Shown in pieces: positions 26,987 through 43,643 of a stretch of DNA of 64,000 nucleotides (positions within the stretch are counted from its first letter, which is position 1; each line of letters opens with the position of its first letter). Where the stretch lies: the NCBI GenBank assembly GCA_951406725.2, contig OX597826.1:65410001-65474000 (forward strand), in the 5' to 3' direction. This stretch comes from Octopus vulgaris (Eukaryota). Below the pieces are notes generated by a model that worked only from the letters and a program-made list of their open reading frames with translations, was not told where the DNA came from and ran no database searches. Made by a program: the position numbers and the translations under genes.

Positions 26987-27929
26987 CTGCAGGGGTGGAA
27001 AAAATTCATTTAGTATAAATAGCTGACATCAATTAGGAAATATATGCACACACGTTCATATACAAGCATGCATTCATTCATACATACTTAAATACATACA
27101 TACGTTACATACATACATACATTTATATGAATATCTTATTGTGTCTGAGAAGAGTCATTTATTTTTAGTGCCTTATTATATAACACACACACTGGTTCAA
27201 TTTCTGCTCATTTGCTTACTTATTTTTACTAAAATTTTCATTGCGTCATGCAACCTTTTTCAATAGTCATTGACTCTGTACATTATTGGAGTTGCGTTCT
27301 TTTTGTTTGTTTGTGTGCATGTCTGTGCATCAGTGTCCATGCACACATACATATCTATGTGTGCATGTATGCATGTATGTATGTGTGTGTATGCACACAT
27401 GTGTGTGTGTGTGTGTGTCTAACCATATATATATATGTTTGCAGGTGTGCACATTTGTATGTATGTATTTATTTGCACATTCATGTGTTTGTGTGTGTAT
27501 GTGTTTGTGTGTGTGAGTTTGTATTCATGTTTGTGTTTGTATGCATGTGTGTATGTGTATCTTTGTGTACATGTTTGAATGTTTTTGTGTATAAATGAGT
27601 GTGACTATGTATGTGCATCTGTTATGTACGGATGTGTGTCTCTATATGTGCCCTTGTGTGAAGTGTTTGTGTGTGTACATAGTCATGTGTTTCAGTTTTC
27701 ATTTGTGTATGCATGTATGCATGTATGTATGTAGATGTGTATGCGCATGCATGTGCCTTTCTGTCCATACATCTGTCCGTCTCTCTGTCCATATTACCTA
27801 TGCACTTATCTATCTTATATATATATATATATATACCTACATATATACACATACACACACATACACACATGTGTGTATGTGTATATATATGTAGGTATAT
27901 ATATATATGTGTGTGTGTGTGTATGACTG

Positions 27930-27961
<32 letters not shown>

Positions 27962-29742
27962 TATATATAGAGAGAGAGATAGATAGATATCATCATCATC
28001 GTTTAACGTCCGCTTTCCATGCTAGCATGGGTTGGAGGATTTGACTGAGGTCTGGCAAACCAGACTCCAATCTGACCTGGCAGAGTTTCTACAGCTGAAT
28101 GACCTTCCTAACGCCAACCACTCCGAGAGTGTAGTGGGTACTTTTACGTGCCACCGGCATGAGGGCCAGTTTGGTGGTACTGGCAACAGCCACGCTCAAA
28201 TGGTGCTTTTTATGTGCCACCTGCACAGGAGCCAGTCCAGCACCACTGGCAATGACCTCGCTCGAATGTTTTTTTACGTGCCACCAGCACAAGTGCTAGT
28301 AAGGCAACGTAGGTAACGATAATGCTTGATTGGTGTATTTATCATGCCATCGGCATAGCGCTCCACTAGCAACGGATGCCAGTCACCGAGTTTGACTTCG
28401 ATTTCACGTGCCTCAACAGGTCTTCGCAATTGAGTTTGATTCTGACTTCAATTTCACTTGCCTCAACTGGTCTTCGCAAGCAGAGTTTAGTGTCCAATGA
28501 AGGAAAGGCACGCATATGTGGACTGGTTACACCCCTGGCATAGGCCACAAGGTTATGGTCTCACTTGCACTTGCCAAGTCTTCTCAAGCACAGAATATTT
28601 CCAGAGGTCCCAGTCACTAGTCATTGCCTCGGTGAGGCCCAATGTTTGAAGGTCATGCTTCACCACCACATCCCAGGTCTTCCTGGGTCTACCTCTTCCA
28701 CAGGTTCCCTCAACTGCTAGGGTGTGGTACTTTTTCACACAGCTATCCACATCCATTCTCACCATATGACCATACCAGCGCAGTTGTCTCTCTTGCACAC
28801 CACATCTGATACTTCTTAGGTCCAACTTTTCTCTCAAGGCATATATATATATATATATATACATATGTAGGTAAATGGATCAATATATATAGAGAGATAC
28901 ATATAGATAGATTGGTGAATAGGTAATACGGACAGACAGATGGTAAGACTTCTGAACAGACAAGCACATGCACTTGCATACACACATATATAACTACATG
29001 CTGGCATACACAAATGAAAACTGAAACACATGACCATATACATACACACACTTCACACAAAGACACTTGTGGAGACACACATCCGTACATAACAGACACA
29101 CATACATAGTGACACAAACCAAAACACAAAAACACTCAAACGTGCACACACAAAGAGACAGAAATACACGCACAAATACATGGAGCTTAGGTGTTTCACT
29201 CATAAACACACACATCGCCCGGTCTGAGATTCGAACCCGTGATCCCACAACCGTGAGTCCGCTGCTCTAACCACTAGGCCATGTGCCTCCACCAATGGAA
29301 CTTGGAACCATGTGATTAAGAAGCAACTTCTTACTACACAGTCATGCCTCCAGTATTATGTAAAGTGTTAAAGTATGGACTGCAGAAGAAATGAACAAAA
29401 TGTTTGTTCATGGTCTAGACAAGATGTGTTCAACCATTTTTTTGTCTAAGGATCCCTTTAATTCCTATTTTACTGGAGTGAACAATCAGTCATTCAATGT
29501 TTAAAAATATCTTATATTTTTATAATTAAATATTATTAGGAATTGTATTAAAAAAATTATTAAAATATTTTGTCTACTAAAGAAGTATAGTCGATTTTAT
29601 TACTACAAAATCTGATACATCATCATCATCATCATCATCAGTATATATATATATATACATACATAAATATATACATATATATATACATACATATATATAT
29701 ATACATACATATATATATATATATACATACATATATATATAT

Positions 29743-29902
<160 letters not shown>

Positions 29903-30001
29903 TCATCATTTAACGTCCGTTCTCCATGTTAGCATGGGTTGGACGGTTCGACCGGGGTTCTGGGAGCCAGAAGGCTGCACCAGGCTCCAGTCTAATCTCC
30001 A

Positions 30002-30064
<63 letters not shown>

Positions 30065-30767
30065 CATATATATACGTATGTATATATATATATGTATATA
30101 TATATATATTTGTATGTATGTATACGTATATGTATATATACAAATTGAGATAGGGGTTGTAAATGCAACCCTCTATGGGATAACGTATATCCAATATACT
30201 GCTAGTGAAGTACCCAACAAAGTTAATACATAAATGTTAATGACTGCGATGCAATCAATTCATTTACTGTATTATATGGGCAAAGGTAAAATGATTTACC
30301 ACAAATTACTAATACAAGATAAGAAAATGGAGAAACACATCTACATTAAATATCAATTACCAGATAATACTCAATCACATACTTTATTAAACCACCACAT
30401 AAGAGACTGTAGGGTTAAATATAAAAAGCAGAACAAATCAGTGTACATAAAGGAATGTACATGAAAAAAGTGTACATAAAAGAATAATGTTGTATAATAA
30501 GTAGAATATATATAAAAAAGAATATAAATACAAGTAAATATAAATATAAGCATACATTAGATCTTATATTCTTTTTTATATATATTCTAATTATTATACA
30601 ACATTACTCTTTTATGTACACTTTTTTATGTACATTCCTTTATGTACACTGATTTGTTCTGCTTTTTATATTTAACCCTACAGTCTCTTATGTGGTGGTT
30701 TAATAAAGTATGTGATTGAGTATTATCTGGTAATTGATATTTGATTTAGATGTGTTTCTCCATTTTC

Positions 30768-30822
<55 letters not shown>

Positions 30823-33422
30823 GATATTTAAGATCTATCTCCCTTACAGGGCTGATAGAATTGGCCGCCGATTCTTCGCGGGCGGCGCGCCCCGCCCTAC
30901 CCACCTCCACCACCAATACCGGATATCTCTATTTTGCTCCAACTATACCGGATGTCGTTTCTCCCACCACCATTATAGGTGTCTACTCTTTGAACCCCCT
31001 CTTCAATACGCTATTTCACCATGCATTACCCCTCTCTTGATATCCTACGTTCTACTTGCCTAGAACCTGTCCTCTGAACCACCCCTCCCACTGGTGCTCC
31101 CCTATATTTCTGCTCCCCCCCCATAAAAAGCACCATCCGAACGTGGCCGATGCCAGACCCCTCTGGCACCTGTGCAGGTGGCACGTAAAAACACCCACTA
31201 CACTCGCGGAGTGGTTGGCGTTAGGAAGGGCATCCAGCTGTAGAAACACTGCCAGACTAGACTGGAGCCTGGGGCAGTCCCGAGCTCCCCAGACCCCGGT
31301 CGAAACCGTCCAACCCGTGCTAGCGCGGAAAACGGACGTTAAACGATGATGATGATGATGATGATATATATAGATATAACCAAGAAAAAAAGCAACTACT
31401 AATCCATTCTTGTTGCTTTTTTCTTGGTTATAATCACCCCACATTTTTTATGGTTAATACCATAAACAATTCTGGTGCATCTAAGTTAAGTACCATATTC
31501 ATTTGAATTCATTGGAATTCACTTGAATCTTAATTGTATTTGCTGAAAGTATATATATATATATATATATATATATGCATATATATATGCATATATATAT
31601 GCATATATATGTATATGTGTGATCAGCTAAATTTGAATTTACATAAAGGGAAAAGGAATCACAATATCCCTTCCATGAGTAAAATTATTTTTACAAATCA
31701 AAAGATATCAACTAGATTATGGATGGGAGATAAAAGTTTGCTAAAAGTAGCTGCCCTCAATGTAAACCATGGCCTCGAGACACTCTGGAACCTGACACAT
31801 ACATTCCTCACTCTGTCCCTTCGAAGATCTTTGAACACCTCCTTGATCTTGGTGTTGCAGGCAGAGCAGCTTGTGCCTTTATTTGTGCCCCATACATAGT
31901 AATTTATAAGTCTATAATTTGAGGAGTTAAGGTACTAAAATTTAGAGTTGGTGTAGTCATAGAAATTCTTCAACAACAATAACTTCTTCCCTTGTCTGGG
32001 GACAAATGCTGTTGCTATACATATTGTCCACCAACTTCAACCCTCTCCAGCCAGGATTTCAAAAGTTTTCTAGTCTATCATTCATGACCTCCTTTATGCA
32101 GATGACTGTGACTTAGTCATTCATACAGTGGATGACATGCAAATACTCATGAATCATATTTCTGCTTCTTGCAAGGTATTTGGACTTGGCATTAGCCTGG
32201 ACACAACTGTTGTAATGTTCCAGCCTGCACCAGGAAATCCATATGTGGAACCAGCAATCTTGGTTGAAGGAACAATTCTGAAGGTGGTAGACAAGTTTGT
32301 CTACTTGGACAGCACACTCAGCCGTTCTTGCTCCCTGGATGATGAAATATCTTTCAGGCTGCAGAGAACAATTAATTCATTCTGGTCTCTTCAGTCTCAT
32401 GTCTGGTCCCTGCATGGCATCATCAGGCAAACAAAAATTACTGTGTACTCTGCATGTGTACTAACATCGCTCCTTTACTCATGTGAGACATGGGCCCTTT
32501 ACAAACGTCATGTGAGGCTCCTTCAACGCGTTCATCAGACATGTCTCAGGCACATTCTGGAGATGACTTCCAGTTCTCCATGTCAGCTAAATTATTCGCA
32601 ACTACAACACAAACCTACATGCTCTCCAATGACACTGATTGTTCAACAATACATCAAGCAGTTCCAGAAAATAAAAGACAAAATAATTGCTAAATTTAGC
32701 CCAAAAAACAAAACTAAACCAATGTTTAAAAAAACTTTTAGCATCCACTTTTTCATGTGTCAAGCAGAATTTGTTGAAGCAATTTTTTGTAACTGCTAGA
32801 CCTTCCTGTTTTCAAGCAAGATATTTCCTCCCACATAGGTTATATATACTTGTATTATATACATATATAATCATATACCACAGCAGAAATATAGAAAGTG
32901 CCCCCCCCAAAAAAAAAAAAAAAATAATAAAACAGACAAGACAGATAGAAAAGAAAGAAAAAAGAGAATTAATGAAAAGATGTGGTGTCATCAGGCAAAT
33001 TTTTAAAAAAAACTTAGATTTGATTACTCTTTTACTTGTTTCAGTCATTTGACTGTGGCCATGCTGGAGCACCACCATTAGTCGAGCAAATCAACCCCAG
33101 GACTTATTCTTTGTATGCCAAGTACTTATTCTATCGGTCTCTTTTTTGCCGATCTGCTAAGTTACGAGAGTGTAAACACTCCAGCATCGGTTGCCAAGCA
33201 ATGTAGGCAGGACAAACACAGACACACAAACATACACGCACATATACATATATACGACGGGTTTCTTTCAGCTTCTGTCTACCAAATCCAATCACAAGGC
33301 TTTGGTCGGCCAGAGGCTATAGTAGAAGGCACTTGTCCAAGGTGCCATGCAGTGGGACTGAACCCTGAACCATGTGGTTCGCAAGCAAGCTACTTACCAC
33401 ACAGCCAATCCTACGCCTACAG

Positions 33423-33521
33423 AAAATATGGAACGCTTCATGAATTTGCGTGTCATTCTTGCGCAGGGGCCATGCTAATCTTCTCTGTTTCATTCCAATT
33501 TTAGTATATGTATTGCCAAAG
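33423..33521 (-). pseudogene. U6: U6 snRNA pseudogene (unit 4)
   Basis: Copy of 9881-9979. Confidence 0.95.
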
Positions 33522-34671
33522 ATCAATTTTCACTTAATTTCACAACGTAACAATTTTCAAAAAAAAATTTGTTTATTGTGGATAGCGTACAGACTATTTC
33601 AGAGTGCCCATGGGTGACCATGACAAACCATGGGCCCCACATGTGATATGTGGAAGCTGTCGATCTACTCTAGAAGGATGGTTAAGAGGTACAGAAAGGT
33701 CAATGCCTTTTGCCATTCCAAGGGTATGGAGAGAGCCAAAGAACCATCACGATGACTGTTACTTTTGTATGATTGAAGTGACAAAGTGCAGAAAAGTGAA
33801 AGGAAGACAAGCTCTTCAGTGTCCAGACATATCATCATCTAGAGCACCTGCTCCACATGATGACAGTACCACTACCACCAGGAAATATTTCATCTGAAGA
33901 GTCAACAAGTAGCAGCAGCCAAGAAATGGAGGAAGCTTTCATACCAAGAACGACTTCAGAGCCTCACATTCCAATTCAGAGTGAGCTAGATGATTTAATC
34001 AGGGATCTGGGTCTTACTAAGTCAGGAGCTGAACTTCTTTCATTAAGGTTGAAGGAATGGAATCTACTGGGGGAAGACTGCAAGACATCTGTGTACTGGA
34101 AACGCCACGAAGTGAGGATCATGTTGAGAGATTTCATCAGGACATCGAAACTATGGAAAGAAGATACCAAGGACGATGGGATACTGCTTTGATGGGAGAT
34201 TATAAATGGTCTGTAGTCAGAAGAGATGAAGGTGTACACTCCAGAAAATCTCGATTGTCAAAGCACTTCTCATGTTAAGAAAAGAGTTATCAAGGCATTT
34301 ACAGCGCAGAGTTTTATTGTTTCGTTTTGTACTATATACTTCCTAAATACTTTTCGATGTATGAAAAAGTACTAAATGTTGTGTAATTATCCTTACAATA
34401 CTAGAATAGATTGAACCAAAAAAGTGCCGTAGAAAAAAGTGACAAATATAATGAGCAAATATGAAATTAGGAATAAATAAATAACTATCGATGTTACGTC
34501 AAAACGAATGTGATTTTTAAATTTAGTGGCAAAAAATGCATATATGAACATTAAAAAATACAAATAAACAAAACATGTGTTACATTGTGTTATCAGTTAT
34601 TTCAATAGAGACATATTCCATTAAAACAATCAAATAAATAAAAAACCAATTCTACACAATAAAATTATTAC

Positions 34672-34818
34672 CTGGACATTTAAAGTCAGTTTTCCATTGT
34701 TGATCATCACCACATATTAATTTCTGAGAAGTGTTAAATGGTAAAATACACTCACTGCCAATGATTGTTTCACTACAGTTTAATCTTCTGTTGCAGTAGA
34801 TAGTAATTTTGTTACACT
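34672..34818 (-). CDS. Sushi/CCP-like module exon (array unit 4)
   Basis: Same 147-bp AG/GT-bounded open exon as the other units. Confidence 0.85.
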
Positions 34819-37512
34819 CTGCAGGGGTGGAAAAAATTCATTTAGTATAAATAGCTGACATCAATTAGGAAATATATGCACACACGTTCATATACAAGCA
34901 TGCATTCATTCATACATACTTAAATACATACATACGTTACATACATACATACATTTATATGAATATCTTATTGTGTCTGAGAAGAGTCATTTATTTTTAG
35001 TGCCTTATTATATAACACACACACTGGTTCGATTTCTGCTCATTTGCTTACTTATTTTTACTAAAATTTTCATTGCGTCATGCAACCTTTTTCAATAGTC
35101 ATTGACTCTGTACATTATTGGAGTTGCGTTCTTTTTGTTTGTTTGTGTGCATGTCTGTGCATCAGTGTCCATGCACACATACATATCTATGTGTGCATGT
35201 ATGCATGTATGTATGTGTGTGTATGCACACATGTGTGTGTGTGTGTGTGTCTAACCATATATATATATGTTTGCAGGTGTGCACATTTGTATGTATGTAT
35301 TTATTTGCACATTCATGTGTTTGTGTGTGTATGTGTTTGTGTGTGTGAGTTTGTATTCATGTTTGTGTTTGTATGCATGTGTGTATGTGTATCTTTGTGT
35401 ACATGTTTGAATGTTTTTGTGTATGAATGAGTGTGACTATGTATGTGCATCTGTTATGTACGGATGTGTGTCTCTATATGTGCCCTTGTGTGAAGTGTTT
35501 GTGTGTGTACATAGTCATGTGTTTCAGTTTTCATTTGTGTATGCATGTATGCATGTATGTATGTAGATGTGTATGCGCATGCATGTGCCTTTCTGTCCAT
35601 ACATCTGTCCGTCTCTCTGTCCATATTACCTATGCACTTATCTATCTTTATATATATATATATATATATACCTACATATATACACATACACACACATACA
35701 CACATGTGTGTATGTGTATATATATGTAGGTATATATATATATGTGTGTGTGTGTGTATGACTGTATATATATACATATATATATATATACACATATATA
35801 TATAGAGAGAGAGAGATAGATAGATATCATCATCATCGTTTAACGTCCGCTTTCCATGCTAGCATGGGTTGGAGGATTTGACTGAGGTCTGGCAAACAAG
35901 ACTCCAATCTGACCTGGCAAGAGTTTCTACAGCTGAATGACCTTCCTAACGCCAACCACTCCGAGAGTGTAGTGGGTACTTTTACGTGCCACCGGCATGA
36001 GGGCCAGTTTGGTGGTACTGGCAACAGCCACGCTCAAATGGTGCTTTTTATGTGCCACCTGCACAGGAGCCAGTCCAGCACCACTGGCAATGACCTCGCT
36101 CGAATGTTTTTTTACGTGCCACCAGCACAAGTGCTAGTAAGGCAACGTAGGTAACGATAATGCTTGATTGGTGTATTTATCATGCCATCGGCATAGCGCT
36201 CCACTAGCAACGGATGCCAGTCACCAAGTTTGACTTCGATTTCACGTGCCTCAACAGGTCTTCGCAATTGAGTTTGATTCTGACTTCAATTTCACTTGCC
36301 TCAACTGGTCTTCGCAAGCAGAGTTTAGTGTCCAATGAAGGAAAGGCACGCATATGTGGACTGGTTACACCCCTGGCATAGGCCACAAGGTTATGGTCTC
36401 ACTTGCACTTGCCAAGTCTTCTCAAGCACAGAATATTTCCAGAGGTCCCAGTCACTAGTCATTGCCTCGGTGAGGCCCAATGTTTGAAGGTCATGCTTCA
36501 CCACCACATCCCAGGTCTTCCTGGGTCTACCTCTTCCACAGGTTCCCTCAACTGCTAGGGTGTGGTACTTTTTCACACAGCTATCCACATCCATTCTCAC
36601 CATATGACCATACCAGCGCAGTTGTCTCTCTTGCACACCACATCTGATACTTCTTAGGTCCAACTTTTCTCTCAAGGCATATATATATATATATATATAC
36701 ATATGTAGGTAAATGGATCAATATATATAGAGAGATACATATAGATAGATTGGTGAATAGGTAATACGGACAGACAGATGGTAAGACTTCTGAACAGACA
36801 AGCACATGCACTTGCATACACACATATATAAATACATGCTGGCATACACAAATGAAAACTGAAACACATGACCATATACATACACACACTTCACACAAAG
36901 ACACTTGTGGAGACACACATCCGTACATAACAGACACACATACATAGTGACACAAACCAAAACACAAAAACACTCAAACGTGCACACACAAAGAGACAGA
37001 AATACACGCACAAATACATGGAGCTTAGGTGTTTCACTCATAAACACACACATCGCCCGGTCTGAGATTCGAACCCGTGATCCCACAACCGTGAGTCCGC
37101 TGCTCTAACCACTAGGCCATGTGCCTCCACCAATGGAACTTGGAACCATGTGATTAAGAAGCAACTTCTTACTACACAGTCATGCCTCCAGTATTATGTA
37201 AAGTGTTAAAGTATGGACTGCAGAAGAAATGAACAAAATGTTTGTTCATGGTCTAGACAAGATGTGTTCAACCATTTTTTTGTCTAAGGATCCCTTTAAT
37301 TCCTATTTTACTGGAGTGAACAATCAGTCATTCAATGTTTAAAAATATCTTATATTTTTATAATTAAATATTATTAGGAATTGTATTAAAAAAATTATTA
37401 AAATATTTTGTCTACTAAAGAAGTATAGTCGATTTTATTACTACAAAATCTGATACATCATCATCATCATCATCATCAGTATATATATATATATACATAC
37501 ATAAATATATAC

Positions 37513-37543
<31 letters not shown>

Positions 37544-37548
37544 CATAC

Positions 37549-37604
<56 letters not shown>

Positions 37605-37613
37605 ATATATATG

Positions 37614-37764
<151 letters not shown>

Positions 37765-37866
37765 TCATCATTTAACGTCCGTTCTCCATGTTAGCATGGG
37801 TTGGACGGTTCGACCGGGGTTCTGGGAGCCAGAAGGCTGCACCAGGCTCCAGTCTAATCTCCAGTC

Positions 37867-37931
<65 letters not shown>

Positions 37932-38624
37932 CGTATGTATATATATATATATATATATATATTTGTATGTATGTATACGTATATGTATATATACAAATTG
38001 AGATAGGGGTTGTAAATGCAACCCTCTATGGGATAACGTATATCCAATATACTGCTAGTGAAGTACCCAACAAAGTTAATACATAAATGTTAATGACTGC
38101 GATGCAATCAATTCATTTACTGTATTATATGGGCAAAGGTAAAATGATTTACCACAAATTACTAATACAAGATAAGAAAATGGAGAAACACATCTACATT
38201 AAATATCAATTACCAGATAATACTCAATCACATACTTTATTAAACCACCACATAAGAGACTGTAGGGTTAAATATAAAAAGCAGAACAAATCAGTGTACA
38301 TAAAGGAATGTACATGAAAAAAGTGTACATAAAAGAATAATGTTGTATAATAAGTAGAATATATATAAAAAAGAATATAAATACAAGTAAATATAAATAT
38401 AAGCATACATTAGATCTTATATTCTTTTTTATATATATTCTAATTATTATACAACATTACTCTTTTATGTACACTTTTTTATGTACATTCCTTTATGTAC
38501 ACTGATTTGTTCTGCTTTTTATATTTAACCCTACAGTCTCTTATGTGGTGGTTTAATAAAGTATGTGATTGAGTATTATCTGGTAATTGATATTTGATTT
38601 AGATGTGTTTCTCCATTTTCTTAT

Positions 38625-38673
<49 letters not shown>

Positions 38674-41260
38674 GATATTTAAGATCTATCTCCCTTACAG
38701 GGCTGATAGAATTGGCCGCCGATTCTTCGCGGGCGGCGCGCCCGCCCTACCCACCCCCACCACCAATACCGGATATCTCTATTTTGCTCCAACTATACCG
38801 GATGTCGTTTCTCCCACCACCATTATAGGTGTCTACTCTTTGAACCCCCTCTTCAATACGCTATTTCACCATGCATTACCCCTCTCTTGATATCCTACGT
38901 TCTACTTGCCTAGAACCTGTCCTCTGAACCACCCCTCCCACTGGTGCTCCCCTATATTTCTGCTCCCCCCCCCCAGAAAAAGCACCATCCGAACGTGGCC
39001 GATGCCAGACCCCGCTGGCACCTGTGCAGGTGGCACGTAAAAAACACCCACTACACTCGCGGAGTGGTTGGCGTTAGGAAGGGCATCCAGCTGTAGAAAC
39101 ACTGCCAGACTAGACTGGAGCCTGGGGCAGTCCCGAGCTCCCCAGACCCCGGTCGAAACCGTCCAACCCGTGCTAGCGCGGAAAACGGACGTTAAACGAT
39201 GATGATGATGATGATGATATATATAGATATAACCAAGAAAAAAGCAACTACTAATCCATTCTTGTTGCTTTTTTCTTGGTTATAATCACCCCACATTTTT
39301 TATGGTTAATACCATAAACAATTCTGGTGCATCTAAGTTAAGTACCATATTCATTTGAATTCATTGGAATTCACTTGAATCTTAATTGTATTTGCTGAAA
39401 GTATATATATATATATATATATATATATGCATATATATATGCATATATATGTATATGTGTGATCAGCTAAATTTGAATTTACATAAAGGGAAAAGGAATC
39501 ACAATATCCCTTCCATGAGTAAAATTATTTTTACAAATCAAAAGATATCAACTAGATTATGGATGGGAGATAAAAGTTTGCTAAAAGTAGCTGCCCTCAA
39601 TGTAAACCATGGCCTCGAGACACTCTGGAACCTGACACATACATTCCTCACTCTGTCCCTTCGAAGATCTTTGAACACCTCCTTGATCTTGGTGTTGCAG
39701 GCAGAGCAGCTTGTGCCTTTATTTGTGCCCCATACATAGTAATTTATAAGTCTATAATTTGAGGAGTTAAGGTACTAAAATTTAGAGTTGGTGTAGTCAT
39801 AGAAATTCTTCAACAACAATAACTTCTTCCCTTGTCTGGGGACAAATGCTGTTGCTATACATATTGTCCACCAACTTCAACCCTCTCCAGCCAGGATTTC
39901 AAAAGTTTTCTAGTCTATCATTCATGACCTCCTTTATGCAGATGACTGTGACTTAGTCATTCATACAGTGGATGACATGCAAATACTCATGAATCATATT
40001 TCTGCTTCTTGCAAGGTATTTGGACTCGGCATTAGCCTGGACACAACTGTTGTAATGTTCCAGCCTGCACCAGGAAATCCATATGTGGAACCAGCAATCT
40101 TGGTTGAAGGAACAATTCTGAAGGTGGTAGACAAGTTTGTCTACTTGGACAGCACACTCAGCCGTTCTTGCTCCCTGGATGATGAAATATCTTTCAGGCT
40201 GCAGAGAACAATTAATTCATTCTGGTCTCTTCAGTCTCATGTCTGGTCCCTGCATGGCATCATCAGGCAAACAAAAATTACTGTGTACTCTGCATGTGTA
40301 CTAACATCGCTCCTTTACTCATGTGAGACATGGGCCCTTTACAAACGTCATGTGAGGCTCCTTCAACGCGTTCATCAGACATGTCTCAGGCACATTCTGG
40401 AGATGACTTCCAGTTCTCCATGTCAGCTAAATTATTCGCAACTACAACACAAACCTACATGCTCTCCAATGACACTGATTGTTCAACAATACATCAAGCA
40501 GTTCCAGAAAATAAAAGACAAAATAATTGCTAAATTTAGCCCAAAAAACAAAACTAAACCAATGTTTAAAAAAACTTTTAGCATCCACTTTTTCATGTGT
40601 CAAGCAGAATTTGTTGAAGCAATTTTTTGTAACTGCTAGACCTTCCTGTTTTCAAGCAAGATATTTCCTCCCACATAGGTTATATATACTTGTATTATAT
40701 ACATATATAATCATATACCACAGCAGAAATATAGAAAGTGCCCCCCCCAAAAAAAAAAAAAATAATAAAACAGACAAGACAGATAGAAAAGAAAGAAAAA
40801 AGAGAATTAATGAAAAGATGTGGTGTCATCAGGCAAATTTTTAAAAAAAACTTAGATTTGATTACTCTTTTACTTGTTTCAGTCATTTGACTGTGGCCAT
40901 GCTGGAGCACCACCATTAGTCGAGCAAATCAACCCCAGGACTTATTCTTTGTATGCCAAGTACTTATTCTATCGGTCTCTTTTTTGCCGATCTGCTAAGT
41001 TACGAGAGTGTAAACACTCCAGCATCGGTTGCCAAGCAATGTAGGCAGGACAAACACAGACACACAAACATACACGCACATATACATATATACAACGGGT
41101 TTCTTTCAGTTTCTGTCTACCAAATCCAATCACAAGGCTTTGGTCGGCCAGAGGTTATAGTAGAAGGCACTTACCCAAGGTGCCATGCAGTGGGACTGAA
41201 CCCTGAACCATGTGGTTCGCAAGCAAGCTACTTACCACACAGCCAATCCTACGCCTACAG

Positions 41261-41359
41261 AAAATATGGAACGCTTCATGAATTTGCGTGTCATTCTTGC
41301 GCAGGGGCCATGCTAATCTTCTCTGTTTCATTCCAATTTTAGTATATGTATTGCCAAAG
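41261..41359 (-). pseudogene. U6: U6 snRNA pseudogene (unit 5)
   Basis: Copy of 9881-9979. Confidence 0.95.
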
Positions 41360-42508
41360 ATCAATTTTCACTTAATTTCACAACGTAACAATTTTCAAAA
41401 AAAATTTGTTTATTGTGGATAGCGTACAGACTATTTCAGAGTGCCCATGGGTGACCATGACAAACCATGGGCCCCACATGTGATATGTGGAAGCTGTCGA
41501 TCTACTCTAGAAGGATGGTTAAGAGGTACAGAAAGGTCAATGCCTTTTGCCATTCCAAGGGTATGGAGAGAGCCAAAGAACCATCACGATGACTGTTACT
41601 TTTGTATGATTGAAGTGACAAAGTGCAGAAAAGTGAAAGGAAGACAAGCTCTTCAGTGTCCAGACATATCATCATCTAGAGCACCTGCTCCACATGATGA
41701 CAGTACCACTACCACCAGGAAATATTTCATCTGAAGAGTCAACAAGTAGCAGCAGCCAAGAAATGGAGGAAGCTTTCATACCAAGAACGACTTCAGAGCC
41801 TCACATTCCAATTCAGAGTGAGCTAGATGATTTAATCAGGGATCTGGGTCTTACTAAGTCAGGAGCTGAACTTCTTTCATTAAGGTTGAAGGAATGGAAT
41901 CTACTGGGGGAAGACTGCAAGACATCTGTGTACTGGAAACGCCACGAAGTGAGGATCATGTTGAGAGATTTCATCAGGACATCGAAACTATGGAAAGAAG
42001 ATACCAAGGACGATGGGATACTGCTTTGATGGGAGATTATAAATGGTCTGTAGTCAGAAGAGATGAAGGTGTACACTCCAGAAAATCTCGATTGTCAAAG
42101 CACTTCTCATGTTAAGAAAAGAGTTATCAAGGCATTTACAGCGCAGAGTTTTATTGTTTCGTTTTGTACTATATACTTCCTAAATACTTTTCGATGTATG
42201 AAAAAGTACTAAATGTTGTGTAATTATCCTTACAATACTAGAATAGATTGAACCAAAAAAGTGCCGTAGAAAAAAGTGACAAATATAATGAGCAAATATG
42301 AAATTAGGAATAAATAAATAACTATCGATGTTACGTCAAAACGAATGTGATTTTTAAATTTAGTGGCAAAAAATGCATATATGAACATTAAAAAATACAA
42401 ATAAACAAAACATGTGTTACATTGTGTTATCAGTTATTTCAATAGAGACATATTCCATTAAAACAATCAAATAAATAAAAAACCAATTCTACACAATAAA
42501 ATTATTAC

Positions 42509-42655
42509 CTGGACATTTAAAGTCAGTTTTCCATTGTTGATCATCACCACATATTAATTTCTGAGAAGTGTTAAATGGTAAAATACACTCACTGCCAATG
42601 ATTGTTTCACTACAGTTTAATCTTCTGTTGCAGTAGATAGTAATTTTGTTACACT
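42509..42655 (-). CDS. Sushi/CCP-like module exon (array unit 5)
   Basis: cccctgcag|AG TGT...CCA G|gtaata; 147 bp; ECNKITIYCNRRLNCSETIIGSECILPFNTSQKLICGDDQQWKTDFKCP. Confidence 0.85.
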
Positions 42656-43609
42656 CTGCAGGGGTGGAAAAAATTCATTTAGTATAAATAGCTGACATCA
42701 ATTAGGAAATATATGCACACACGTTCATATACAAGCATGCATTCATTCATACATACTTAAATACATACATACGTTACATACATACATACATTTATATGAA
42801 TATCTTATTGTGTCTGAGAAGAGTCATTTATTTTTAGTGCCTTATTATATAACACACACACTGGTTCGATTTCTGCTCATTTGCTTACTTATTTTTACTA
42901 AAATTTTCATTGCGTCATGCAACCTTTTTCAATAGTCATTGACTCTGTACATTATTGGAGTTGCGTTCTTTTTGTTTGTTTGTGTGCATGTCTGTGCATC
43001 AGTGTCCATGCACACATACATATCTATGTGTGCATGTATGCATGTATGTATGTGTGTGTATGCACACATGTGTGTGTGTGTGTGTGTCTAACCATATATA
43101 TATATATATGTTTGCAGGTGTGCACATTTGTATGTATGTATTTATTTGCACATTCATGTGTGTGTTGTATGTGTGTATGTGTTTGTGTGTGTGAGTTTGT
43201 ATTCATGTTTGTGTTTGTATGCATGTGTGTATGTGTATCTTTGTGTACATGTTTGAATGTTTTTGTGTATGAATGAGTGTGACTATGTATGTGCATCTGT
43301 TATGTACGGATGTGTGTCTCTATATGTGCCCTTGTGTGAAGTGTTTGTGTGTGTACATAGTCATGTGTTTCAGTTTTCATTTGTGTATGCATGTATGCAT
43401 GTATGTATGTACATGTGTATGCGCATGCATGTGCCTTTCTGTCCATACATCTGTCCGTCTCTCTGTCCATATTACCTATGCACTTATCTATCTTTTATAT
43501 ATATATATATATATACCTACATATATACACATACACACACATACACACATGTGTGTATGTGTATATATATGTAGGTATATATATATATGTGTGTGTGTGT
43601 GTATGACTG

Positions 43610-43643
<34 letters not shown>
